A stretch of 64,000 bases of DNA from Epiperipatus broadwayi (GCA_028023455.1 JAQFVV010000001.1:34348001-34412000); one strand, 5' to 3'; numbered from the stretch's first letter, positions 40,206-53,489 are shown. Numbers and translations are program-made. Notes: generated by a model not told the origin, from the sequence alone.

Positions 40206-40699
40206 TTTTCCCTAAACCAAGATGGCAGTCCATATTTTTGATAAATGTACAGCTTTGAGGGTATATAATTTACCAAAGATGTGGTGTTTTTTTGTTAGCA
40301 GTTTTTTTGGTAAATTGTCATAATGATACAATTTTAGAATCTTCCTGTCCCAAAATGTACTGTAGTGGACGATTTCCAAATGTACAGGATCCTGCCCTCA
40401 CAAAAAAAGTATTAATGTCATAACTGCTGACCTGAATAAAGTGTAAAATATTGTATTTTTTTTTTTTTTTTTTGCTCCCATTTTTCTATCAATAAGTTAG
40501 TGAAAAAAAAAAATATTGTAATTAATTTTTTCACAAATGATCTTTTTAAAAAAAAAAAAACTATCAGTAATAAAAAATTAAATGCAAATATTAAATACGA
40601 AGTTTCCTAGCAGGCATTTTTTTGTAAACATTGGGAGGGGGGGGGGCTTGAAACTAGATTTATCAAAAATACAGGCTGCCATCTTGGTTTATTGGAAAA
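40206..40699. mobile_element. Old MITE-like element defined by ~41-bp inverted repeats
   Basis: ttttccctaaaccaagatggcagtccatatttttgataaat (40206-40246) matches the reverse complement of 40658-40699 (ttttccaataaaccaagatggcagcctgtatttttgataaat). No TSD was identified. Confidence 0.55.
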
Positions 40700-43600
40700 T
40701 TCACAAGTAATATTATTATTACAAATATTATATTATTCTTATATTCAGTTCAATAATATAAAGTGAAAAATAAAAATCACTTCTTAATATTAATGTTCAT
40801 TTTTATTAATATTAAAAATGTTTTTATATATATTTTTTTAGAACTTTAGATAATGGTATGAGTTTAAAAGGGTAATGTTTAAGTGTATTTATTTACGATT
40901 GAATGTTAATAATAAATCAAGTTTTTGAAAGAAATAATGGTGATAACTGATTACTCAAAGCTTAGATGTTGATACCTAGTTTTAGTTTTACTCCAGAATC
41001 TAATTTAATGAATTTTCACACTTAAAAATTAATTTGATTTCACTCTTAAACTTTTAAGCTAAATTTAACATATAAAATTTCATTGTACTTTTTTTTTAGA
41101 AATTTGCTATCTTTATTGTTATTTATTATCCTACGTATTTAAACATAAACTCTTGAGCATACATATTAGATGTTTATCTCTAAGAAATTATTTTAAAAAA
41201 AACATGCCATATTGTCCAGAATTTTGGTACATTTACAATGCAAACTTATTACTGTAAAATATGTTAAACCAAAAGCTTTTAATATTTACTATGAGTAAAA
41301 TTTTTATTTTAGTTAAACATTTTGCATATGGTTTTTGTTTTTTTTTAATTGAGTTAACTTTATTAGTCTTGTAAATAAATAAATGGAACTGCGCTCTATA
41401 ATGTATCTAACTTAACTACACAGTTTTAATTATACACTATCCAAAGAAAAATATAAACAAAAGACATATTAATGTTTTTAATTTTAATATATTTAAGCAG
41501 CCATTTTTTTCTCTGAACATATGCTATCTCATTTAAAAAAATAAAATAAAATTTGTAAATAAATTTTACAATATGCCAGTAACCATTTTTCTGTTTACTA
41601 GCTCCTTTCATGATTATATTCATAAACAAAATTTGTTTGTTTTATATTAAAAGCACTCTCATTTTATTTTTCCTTTATTATTCTTTCCGAATTTGATGTT
41701 TAGTATTTTACATAATAAATAATTTCTGAGCATAGTGCTGTACCGTCTACAAATAGATGGTCCAAACATATTGACATTTGAGAATATTTAAGAGCTAAAA
41801 AAAAAGGTAAATTTAAAAATCTTTTAAATTAACGCAGTTATAATTTTTTTTTTTTTTTTTAGTTTGTGTATTTTTTTTTAAACATACAATGAGAGTTGAT
41901 TTTTTTTTGTTATTTGTAATTTAATAAAAGTTGAAATTGAAAATAAAAAAAGGCATGCAGATTACTAATCCAGATAAGCAAAAGGAATTCCAAAAGTACA
42001 AAGATTACGATCAAGAAAATCTTTCCAACTAATTAAAAATGGCGAAAATGATTTATTAAAAAAAAGAACTTTGTTCAGAAGGTTAAAAATAAATGTATAA
42101 GATTATAAAACTAAGCATCATGATAATAATAACATGCGCAGAAGTTTCAATACTGGATCGAGATATAAAAAGAAGAGGACAACTTTGATCTAGGTCTTTT
42201 CATTTATCTTCTGGTTATGTGTTTTTAGAATTGGAGGTTTCCGCAAAGGGTGACCTGTGCAGTGAAATGCATCTACACAGGGACATTATTCACTTGCTGA
42301 ACAAAGTCGTCATGCGAGAAGGGAAACAAAGCCTTGTGGGCACAGTCTTTTGCAACGAAGAGACCATTGCAACCGAGCTTCTTCCTCCAGGTATGGAATG
42401 GGACAGATGCTAGCAGGAGAGATCAATTAAATGTCAAGGAACAAGGGATCCCAAAAGAAGACATGTATATTATAAGAATTGGTACAAGCTTACCTAGAAG
42501 TTAAGATTATTTACTTCCAATTTGTGACTTTAATGCCAGTTAATGTTAACCAGGAAAGATAATACTGATTGTGACTGGTTTTCAAAATTTCAACGATCTA
42601 GCTAGAATAATTTAAATATGACAAGAACTTTTCATCTGATTAATAGTATTTGGATTAGTGTATGTTCTTTTTTCCAATTTTTTCTTTACTAATTCTTGTA
42701 TAAATATTTTTAATAGATTTTAATAAAATATTTAATATTGATTTAACACTCTCTTTGTACATTCTTAATTTGAATACTAGATGTTGTAAATGTTAGTTAA
42801 TTAAAGAAATTACCTTTACCATTCTATTAAATAGTTATTAACTAAGCTCCGGGAATAATATTCTTAAAAATAAATAAATAAAGTTACGGGAAATCATAAT
42901 TTCGTCCGTTAACTTATTTTCTTTTTAATTTATCATGTGTGATGCGACGGATTTCAGCGGATTCTTACATGAATCCTGACACCCTTATAAAAATAAATGA
43001 AAGGCTGATTCCGCCGTTAGCGTAAGTCGAAATAATTGATAGTCCAATTAATCAGGAAATATAGCTATGTTTTATAGAAATATGAACAAAATATTTGCAT
43101 TTTCTGTATTCATAGCTTGATTAACTTTCACTAAATTTACGGTGAGTAAAAGAAGGCCTACCAGAATTTACTAAAACGTGAAAAACCTTACAGTGCTAAA
43201 AGATTTACAAAATTTTAGAATATACTAAAAGTTGATACTGATTTTAAAATGGCAAATCAATTAGAGATCCTAATTTTTGATAACAAGATCAATATCGTTT
43301 CTATAAGAAAAAAAATTATCGGAAAATATATACATATAGCCCAGAGCCTATTTAATAGTGATGGAATTCGTACATTTCATTATTTACTTTATTTTAAAAA
43401 TTAAAATATGGTAGAAATTAGTTTTATTCTTATTGCTACAGTGAATGCATGAGCGAACACAGATAAATGTGATCCATCATTTTATTATTAATAACTATGT
43501 CAATATTTTTTTTAATTATTTTATAATCTTACATATGAATACTGCAATATGTGTGCGTGCATGCTGAAAAGTGCTTTACTCTTGTAGCTCAATAAACAGT

Positions 43601-46312
43601 ATGTATTTTATTCTAATCAATTTTATCAACAAAATATGATCTAAACATTTATATACAGAGGTGGGGAAGGGGTGGAACAAATATAGCTAGTTCACATTTC
43701 CATTCTAAATAAGAGCTGTTTGTTTTATCTGTGTCTCATAAGTGTATATTGATGCACATGTGTAAATATATATTTTTATTTGCATTGGACTTGCATAAAT
43801 TATTTGTGCCAATTCTTTCACCAATTATACACACACAGTGTATATTGTATAGTTATTACTGTGATGATATATTTCAGTAATCCTGTAAATGTCAAATGCA
43901 AAATCTAATTTAATATGTTTAATCATTAAAAAAAAAAAATTAAAAGTGTTGTGTTTTAATTTTTTTTAAACATGAAAAAGCTTAATATTAATCCCTTTTG
44001 TGTTTTTGATTGATTTTATAATTGTATTTAGTATATATTCCTCAATATGTTTGCAGAATGTCTTCCTCTTTAATATGTATTAATAGTATAGTCTATAATT
44101 GTTTTGTTTTTTTATTATAGTAATTTCTTGCAATTTTTTTTTTTAAATCTTTATTAAAAAGAAAAATCTGTAGCAGCTTTTGAATATATATATTAGAGTA
44201 TTTTATTCATTTTCTTCAATGTGTTTGCAGGATTTTTTTTTCATTTTTAACATTATTTAGTTCTAAAAATATACATTCTAGACGGGTGTTTTTTTTTTTG
44301 GGGGGGGAGGGTTGCTTGTTATGCGCAATAATTATAATTTCTAATTTTTAAGTACATGCTTTTTTTTTTATAGGATAAATTATACTTAAAAATAAGAACT
44401 TGTGGTTGATAGCAGTGATATAAGCTTAATAATGAATAGTAATGCCAAAAATTGAAGTTTTTCCTTAAATTTACTTTAATTATTTTATCTTTTTAAAGAA
44501 TATTTATTTAAATATATATATATTCATTTGGAAAATTAAACTTATTAATAATCATTATAGTATACTGATGTTAAAACTATTCGTTTATCTTTTTTCACTG
44601 CCACATGATTGAAATTTCATGCTGAAATAGCTGATTGCAGAAAATAGTGGTCACACCCTTTCCTAGATTTGAATTATTCTTCCATTAATTGAATATATTT
44701 GATTGCTTTAGTAAAATGTTTGTTCTTGGCATGTAAATTGTAGTATTTAAACATGAAATTTATTCTAAACTGTTGAGTTATCTTCTACATTTGGTTTAAG
44801 TCTTCATTGGGATTATAAAAGTAAAGATGTTTAAATTATTGAAGGGTCCCTCCCTCTCCAATTAACGAGAAATTATTTTCAGTTAATAGAGCTTTATTTT
44901 AATTTAGATTATGTCTTTCTTTCTTTTTTCATATATAAATTAAAATTCATGGAAATTTGTTGTGGATTAGCAAATCCAAAAAGCTCAGGCGATATGACAT
45001 CCTTTACATGCCATTGCCATTAACTGCAAAAATCATTAAACTATTTGAAAGTGCACTTTAATAACTGCAATATCATTGTGGTTTTAATTTAAAGAATTTT
45101 AAAAATAAAATTGATTTACAAATATTGACAGCCTACTAGAATTTTTAATTTTTTTTTTTAATACTTTAACATCAATAGAGATTGGATATAATGGGATAAT
45201 TGTATTTTTTAAAAATTCTAAATTCCAGGGATTTTTTGTTTGTTTTAAATTTTTGCATGAAATAGTCCCCCATGTACCTGCATACCCCCTCTCCCCCAGT
45301 CTTATAAGTAATTCACAGTTTGGAAAAATATTAAATTAAAAAAAAACATCTAAAATTTTGTAAATTTGAACTTATAAATTTATTTGTGCATTTGTATGTA
45401 TGAATGAATGCAATCATTAATCATATCTCAACCATCTCCTCATTTTGTACTTACACTCTATTGCTTTACTGTGTATACATTAAGCATATATATTTTTGTA
45501 TGATTTGCTTTTTTCCATCGTTTTAGGCATCTATATAAATGGCTTTGAAACATACACTATATATAGTAATAAGGGGCTATTTTTTAAAAGGAGGCAAAAT
45601 TACATTTATTTTTTATTATTGTTATATTATAGAAAGATTGGAAAGTTTTTTTTTCTCTAATTTTTTGTTTTAGACTACATGATTGATATCACATTACTAG
45701 ACTTATTGGGATTTTATATATTTTATACTTAAACTTACTGATCAAGTATTCTTGATATATTAAAATGGTTTTTATCACGTAATATATATATATAATGATC
45801 ATAAGTTAAGTTGTTGTTTTTTTATATTATTCCAGTATTTTGATTATAATGAAGTATAAATGCAAGAAAAGTGAGATGTTCTTTTTTTTTAATTCATTGT
45901 GTAATTAGCTAATTATGTGACTGAAAGTATGTGGAAAGTCCAAACAAAACATTACCTGACCAAGCAAAAATGTTTGTCACTGCTTGCCTTCCCTCTAATC
46001 TAATCTATATCAATATTTAGAATAACATTATTTAATTAGTCATATAAAGTTTATATTGTTCACTTCTTTAAAATTATTTTACTGTATGTCTTTTAAATGT
46101 ATATAACTGTACTCATAATTTACACTCCATCAAATATCTTTTATTTATACTTTTTGAAAGCTTAATCTTTGAAACAAATTTTAGCTATTTAGCATTAGTT
46201 GTTTAAAAACTAATCTTTCTTAATAAGTGTATTCATGCAAATTATGATGATTTTGATATTTTTATATTTACAATGTTTCTATGCCATATACAGGAATAAT
46301 TAAACTTTTTAT

Positions 46313-46417
46313 CACTGTACTCTTTTAGAGTTACTTCAATATTTGTCCCCTGCCTGACTTGCTTCACTGTACTCTTTTAGAATTACTTTAATATTTGTCA
46401 CCTCCCTGACTCTTGCT
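46313..46417. repeat. 52-bp tandem duplication, diverged
   Basis: cactgtactcttttaga... at 46313 and 46365. Confidence 0.85.
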
Positions 46418-46968
46418 GCCAAAACAAAAATGTTTCAGTAATATAAATAACAGTTCAAGAATATATACTGCATTTACATTATTTGACTCCTAATGGGAAC
46501 TATCATTTTATATATAACTTTCCAAAGGTAAAATATCAAATATATCAAAAGCTAAACTAGTTACTATAATAAATTAAAATTTGCTACCAATGGTTTTCCT
46601 GCCAAGACAGACTTATTGAGTGTGAAGTAACACAAAACAAATATTTACTATCTTCTCACAATTCCAATTAGCATTTTAAATACCTTTAATATCAAAAATA
46701 TTTTAAACACATTAGTAGCTTCAGAGTCACAGATCGTTACTAACCTGTAACAACTATAATGCAGTTCAGCCATGTAAATGGTACTATCTCAGACTGCTCT
46801 TAAAAACATAATAAGAAGGATACCTATTCAATTCAAAAAATATGGAATTAAAGTATCACTTGTAACTGTCGCAGGTTAAAAGTGATTTTGATTTTCATTC
46901 TCTTCATAGAAGGCTACCATAATCTCATGGCCTGTATTTCTTTTATGAACTTTCACTCTTTCTTTTAA

Positions 46969-47072
46969 ATTCATATTACTTTGACATATATATATACACA
47001 CACACACACACAAAAATAAGATTCATATTACTTTGACATATATATATACACACACACACACACAAAAATAAG
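46969..47072. repeat. Perfect 52-bp tandem duplication containing a (TA)n(CA)n microsatellite
   Basis: attcatattactttgac(at)n(ac)n aaaaataag is repeated exactly at 46969 and 47021. Confidence 0.9.
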
Positions 47073-47099
47073 ATATATTATAAATTACTTCTGGAAAGT

Positions 47100-48585
47100 C
47101 ACCAACCAAGGCAGCAGTTGGTGGCCAAAGGTGGAGGGTGCTAAGAATCCCCTGATTGTGGACCCAGGTTGCCATTTGATGATGACTTTTTATTTAGGGA
47201 CTTACAACTGCAGATCACTTTCAAGTGAAGAAATATTGCAAGAATTAGAAGAAGCATTGTCTTATATTAAATGGGATATTATTGGACTTTGTGAAGTTAG
47301 AAGAAAAGGTGAAGAAACAATTGATTTAAAAAGTGGACATATACTCTATTATAAAGGCACACATATTGGAAATACAAGTGGAGTAGGATTCATTATCAAT
47401 AAAAAGTGGAAGAACAACATTGTGGAGATTAATAGTGTATCAGACAGAGTGGCAAGATTAGTTATACAAATTAATAGTAGATACCAAATGCAGATAATTT
47501 AGCTTTATGCCCCAACAAGTTCTCATAGTGATGAAGTAGTAGAAGATTTTTATATAGATGTACAAAAGGCTTTTGATCAGAGTAAAAAACATTTTAAAAT
47601 TATTATGGGAGACTTTATTGATAAACAAATGAAACATGAAAGTGTTGTAGGTAATTTCGGTTATGGTAATAAAAATGAGAGAGGACATAGACTTGTTGAG
47701 TTTACAGAAAAAAGAAAAACTTTATATTATGAATTCTTTTTTGAAGATAAGTGTTAAAAGGAAATGGACATGAAAGCATGCAAATGAAGGTACAGCAGAA
47801 TTGGATTATATTTTGACTAACAGAAAATGCATATTTCAAGATTGTAATGTACTTAATAAATTTAACCCAGGGAGTGATCATTGATTAGTAATATGTAAGA
47901 TACGTGTTAATGCGAAACTAAAGAGACAAAAATTATTAAGAAAAACAATATTTACAGTTGATATTCCTAATCTTCAGAAACATTCTAATGAATTTAAATT
48001 AGAACTTACAAATCGGTTTTAAGTATTAGTAGATTTTGAACATGATTCAGATTTGACTGAAATTAATATGAAAATAACTGATACACTTTTAAAAACTGCA
48101 ACAAAGATAGCTGGTAGAAAAAAGCAGCAATTGACCAATAAAATTTCTATTAAGACTAAAGAATTTATGAAGAAAAGAAGGAATATGAAGATATACAAAA
48201 ATGATGCATTAAAAAGGATTGAATATCTCTTTGTAAAATGGTGCAAAAAAAGTTGAAAATGATATAAGAAAGTATAATTGTGAACTAGCAAGGAAAGCTG
48301 TAGAAGAGAATGAAAGTTTCAAGAGTGTAAAACAACATTTTGTTACTGGTAGGAAATTTATATCTGCAATAAGAAAAAAAGATGGAATTATTACTAAAAA
48401 GAGAAATGACATAAAATGGGTAGAAGACTTTTATCAAAAATTATATAGTAATAAAGAACAAGTACCTCCTATGTCTATTACATCTTCTGAATTACCCAGA
48501 ATTTTAAATGAAGAAGTGAGATAAGCAATTAAATGTATGAAGAAAGGAAAGGTTCCAGGTAATGATTGAATTATAATTGATATAT
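47100..48585 (+). mobile_element. RTE retrotransposon copy 2, 5' part (leader plus APE endonuclease)
   Basis: GTYNCRSLS...WDIIGLCEVRR, the YAPTSSH-like region and ELDYILT. Colinear with the reverse complement of 8830-10300 and interrupted at 48585. Confidence 0.92.
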
Positions 48586-50322
48586 TGAACCGGGTCATGG
48601 ATTTATAAGAGAGAAAGATCACTTATGGGGAAGTAAACAGACTATATTGTTTTAACTCTTTAAATAAAATAATATTATGAAATATACTTGTATACTTTTA
48701 TACAACATATGAGACAATTTATTCTTAATATATTTGATCTTCACCTGATGCAATGTTCGTATTGCTCTACCATGCCCCCTTAGGCAGAGAAGAGGATACT
48801 CAAAGAGCACCTGTATCCAAGCCAGTAGATATATCTGTAAAATATATCTAATTGACCACATTTGAAGAAAACAGATTCTTCTCGACTGTTGAATTCAACA
48901 CCGCATTCAAAGCACTTTTTTGTTTCAGAGTAAACCCCAGGCACCAGTTAATTACCAAAGCAATCAATGCGCTTTGAACAATGGCAACTAATTCCATGCC
49001 TAAATCAATCCCATAACTAGCTCAGTCACTTGTAATAGAATAACAAATTATTACTTTGATTAGTGGTAAAAAGAATTGACCAACAAAATTAAGTTTAATG
49101 ATAATTTATTTAACTAAACATTTATTCTGATTTTTAAATACTTTATAAGAACTTCATTAATTAACAATAATAATTACAAGTATTCAGTATTTACTATTAT
49201 AACATAAAAAAATTAGAACTATGAATTCTTAATCAAATTTAACAATGATTTTTATATATATAATGACACGCACATCAATAGTTCGTTTTTGCATGCTATA
49301 GAGTTCATTATTACTTGACTCTGGGAGGCTTCAAATTATTGCAATGGTTACTTTAAATGGAAATAAGAAAATATTGTTACCTAGAATTTTAGAATGTGGA
49401 TACTCCTTGTGGAGATTTGATGCTTATTATTCCAAGGCATTTTCTTTAAGACATTTAAATATTGACAGCAAATTTTCAAGTTGTTAGGCTGCCATTATTT
49501 TCATGGGCAGGTTGGCTGTTTCATCGGACTCAGGCTAGAGCAAAGTCGTATGTTTTCGACGATGATTAACAATGCATGATGGATTCTGAATACATACTAG
49601 GCTGATCTGATTAACTGACTGAAATGAACTGATTAATTAATTGAACTGTTATCTGAACTGATTGTCTGATGAAAAAACTGGACTATTTATATGACGATCT
49701 GTTGTCATTTTGGGGTCCTCCAGCTATATTTGTTGTCGAAATTTCTTCCTTGTTTTTTCTTTTAGTAAGCCATCGCAGACTTATTGTCTTGTGGATTTTG
49801 TTTAATTCATAGCCATTGCAAATTATGTGTTACAATATTTTTTAAGTTTCTCATTTCATTTTATAATATTGAACATGCACATATTTATTTTATTTACAAT
49901 CATTCGCGATTAACACATATATTTTAAAGTCAACTCACTATTTAGTTTTAAGATTACTTTCCTTTTTTCTTTCTTTAATATTTTAAACGAAAGAGATATT
50001 TTTATTTCAAGTAACAGATTCATTTAAACCGCTATAGTTTTCACCTTTTCTTAGCCAAATTCTCTTCCCCCCCTCTCCCGAATTACTTTTAAATTAATTA
50101 ATTGTAACTTTTATTTCAAACTACTAATAATAGAAAAAACTCTTTAGACTTTTATTCTATTTTTTTTGAACTAAAGGTTTTTATTTCGATCATTTTTAGA
50201 CAAAATTATTATACTGCAATACTTTATTATTTATTTATTAACCCTCACGTTATTTCTGATAATTTTATTTTATTAATTCTAGACAAAATTATATATGTAC
50301 AGATAAGATAGATATTGGTACA
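48586..50322. mobile_element. 1737-bp TG...CA insertion with a 4-bp ATAT TSD (solo-LTR-like)
   Basis: Junctions are ttgat-ATAT|TGAACC...GGTACA|ATAT-taaaagaagc. RTE copy 1 has the empty site (ttgac-atat-taaaaaaagc). The termini form an imperfect 6-bp inverted repeat (TGAACC vs TGTACC). Confidence 0.78.
49610..49691 (-). promoter_or_regulatory. TATA plus arthropod-type initiator (TCAGT) core promoter inside the TG...CA insertion
   Basis: Minus strand has TATAAATAG at 49691-49683, TCAGT starting 30 nt downstream (49661-49657), and further TCAGT copies at 49632-49628, 49622-49618 and 49618-49614. Confidence 0.55.
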
Positions 50323-51630
50323 ATATTAAAAGAAGCAGATGAAGAAAAAAATTTTTTTAGCAGTTATATACTAAATGCCTAAATGATAACGATGTACCAG
50401 ATGATTGGAAGAATGCAGTATTAATATTAATATTTAAAAAGGTGATAAAGAAGATATTAGAAATTATAGATATATCAGTTTTATACAAAAATTTTACCAA
50501 GATAATTACAACTCAATTACAGAGAACATTGGATTTCCACTAACCAATAGAACAAGCTGGATTTAAAAATGGCTTTAGTACAGTAGATCATATTCAGGTA
50601 TTGAGAGAAGTTATAGGAAGAACAAATGAATATGAGTTGCCATTATGCTTTGGATTTGTAGATTATGAAAAGGCATTTGATTCTATAAACATTTCTTCAG
50701 TGATTAAAGCATTGGATAATCAAGGTATAGATCCAGGATTTTGTCATATTTTAAAGAATATTTATAAAAATGCAACAGCAACAATTAAATTACATAATGA
50801 TACTACGAAAGTTAACATTGAGAAGGGTGTAAGACAGGGTGACTCCATATCTCCAAAACTTTTTACAGCAGTGCTGCACGATATATTTTGTGGATTAAAA
50901 TGGGAAGCTAAAGGGAGTGAAAGTAAATGGAGATTATTTAAGTCATTTAGATTTTGCAGATGATGTAGTTGTTTTTGCAAATAATGTTTTAGAGCTGCAA
51001 GAAATGTTGCAAGAATTATCAGAAGAAGGTAGGACTAAAGATAAATGTTAAGAAGACTAAAATAATGTGTTGTGGATTCTCTCAAAATATGAAAATAAAG
51101 ATTGATTATGATGAGTTAGAAGAAGTTAACGCTTACAAATACCTTGGTCAGATTATTAATACAGATGGAAACGTAATGGATGAAATTAATCATAGAATTA
51201 AACTTGGTTGGAGTGCTTTTGGTAGAAATAACTTGATACTAAAAGGAAGTATGCCTATGTGTTTGAAAAGGAAGGTTTTTAATAAATGTGTTTTGCCAGT
51301 TCTTACTTATGGATCTGAGACTTGGACACTTAATAGAAGAGCAATGCAGAGACTTCAGACCACTCAAAGAAGTATGGAGAGATGCATGTTGGGAGTAACA
51401 AGAAGAGATCAAAAACGCAATGTATTGGTAAGAGAACAAACAGGTGTTACTGACCTCATTGAAAAAATTAAGACTGAAATGGAGTTGGGCTGGACATATT
51501 GCTAGAAGAGGTGATAATAGATGGACAACTGAAATTTTAAACTGGATTCCAAGAGATTATAAAAGACCCAGAAAGAGACCACGTGTGAGATGGATGGATG
51601 AAATAAGAAAGTGTGCAGGGGTGATGTGGG
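50323..51630 (+). mobile_element. RTE retrotransposon copy 2, 3' part (reverse transcriptase)
   Basis: FVDYEKAFDSI, GVRQGDSISPKLF, YKYLGQ, VLPVLTYGSETW, WSWAGHIARR and RPRVRWMDEI. Truncated shortly after GVMW, with no tail. Confidence 0.93.
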
Positions 51631-51631
51631 A

Positions 51632-52960
51632 GGTATTTGAATTTTAACATATGTACTGAGTATGTCTTGCAGTTGTACTTTAGTGAAGTTCATTATGCAA
51701 TTTTTTATTCTACCTGAGTCATGAGTCTTGTGAACTCGATGTACCATAGAAATTTTTCACCTAGTGTTTTATTTGTACTTTTGAAGTTGTTTCTGTTTGC
51801 CCAGTTTGTAAATTCTATCGCAATATAGCAGTCATTTGGGTGGGTTAAAATTTTGTGGATGCCTTCACCCAGACTGTTTTCTTTTATCATTGTACATAGT
51901 TGATCGAGTAGAAATTTATATAGGAAGTGATTGGCAGCTGTTATTGCAAGAACTGGGTTTTTATCACTGTTGTAATTAACTAACAATTTATATAGGTTGT
52001 TTGGAATTGTTTCATTAAATTGTTTATTAAGGTTTTGGTATTGTTCTTCCATAAAGTTGTCTGTTATGAAGATTTGTTGGTTTGTATTTGTGTTATATGG
52101 ATCGTTGCTTTGTTCTATGCTTTGTTCGATAATGTCAATTAGAAATTGATTTGGGTTATCTCATTTAGAGTTGTTTGTAATGTAGGTATTATCGTTATTT
52201 TTCGCTATTTGTGCATAAGAGAATTTATTTGTAGATGTAATTTGACTTATTGGGCTATTTAGGCTGTTAATTTCGTTTGGGTTTGTTTATTTTTTGTTCA
52301 AAAACTTTGCCGTGGCAGTTGAAGTTTTTATATTTTTTCTCAGTATTTTCCTTTGCATTGTCACTGTAATCGGTACTTAGCATCTCTAGTGGTGCAGTGA
52401 ATTTTTTCCCGATTGCCATGATGTTTTGATTTTTTACAATGGGTTCTTTAGAAGTTAAATAGTTTGTTTTTTCAAAGTATTTGTTGCTTTGTAATGTATT
52501 TAAAGGTGTTATTTTGCATCGACAATTGTGAATCGCTATAATTTCTGCTGTTTTGGATATCGCTCTCATAAGTATTTTTTAAATCTTTTTTTTTAAACGT
52601 TTTCGTTATTATTTGCAAAGATATGCTTTGTAACTTTCTTTTTGATTAATATTGATTTGTGCTTTGAGAAGAGTTTTCTGACTGCGTCTATATTACACTA
52701 GTGTTAAACGTTAGGCTTTGTTTGTTCAAATCGCTAGCGTTTATTGCAAAATTTTCATGCTCGTTAGAGTTTTGTATTACGATCCGTTTGGGCCCCAGAT
52801 CTTTTAAATTATTTGGACTATTATTACTTATTTGAGAATTTTCATTAATATTAGATTGTTTTTTGCCTCTTTGTGGCTTTAACTTGCTTTGTGAAATTTT
52901 TTTTTTTTTTCGCATGTTCATTGCTGGAATTTAACATGTGCTCAATGGCGACTTCAGATT
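51632..52960 (-). pseudogene. Decayed ORF1 (gag-like, N/K-rich, RRM-like C-terminal part) of a non-LTR retrotransposon
   Basis: A chain of colinear minus-strand ORFs (52921-52688, 52569-52267, 52052-51705) ends in RIKNCIMNFTKVQLQDILSTYVKIQ, which resembles LINE ORF1 RRM segments. The family is not identified. Confidence 0.5.
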
Positions 52961-53489
52961 TTTTTTTTCTTTTTTTAACATAGGATTTTTTTCTCACTTA
53001 CCTCATTAGTTTTCTTCTCTTCCTCTATGCTAGTACTATTCTTGGAGGTCTATCGTTGCATGACTTGCTCAAATCTTGCCATAGGTGGCACTCTAGGTAA
53101 TGTTAATTGTTTTACAATAAGAATTTATTTTCTTTGCAAAAATCAAAAGTAACATTTTGTTATTATCTTTTTTTAACTAAATTATAAGTAGAAGTTCTGA
53201 AGAAGATTGCTTGGGCAATTTAAACTGTCATAGTGGTTTGTAATAAAAAGCTTTGTAAACCAGTAATAAAGAGCATAGATGATTTAGTATTATATTAAAA
53301 TATAACTTAGGTTGTCTAAAATAAATCAGATTGTATTTATAAAATACTATTTTTTTATTTCCAGGAATTTATTTATTTTAATTCTAAATTGCCAATGCTA
53401 ACATTCTTGTATCATACGTACACATGTATATGGCATAATACCTCTGGGATCATGGAATGAGAATAAAATACTTATTTTATTCTCAACAC

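Noticed and set aside
47090-47170. HDV-like ribozyme in the RTE 5' leader (also 10260-10330)
   Set aside because: Such ribozymes occur in some RTE elements, but I could not build the nested double pseudoknot here. Both copies look 5'-truncated.
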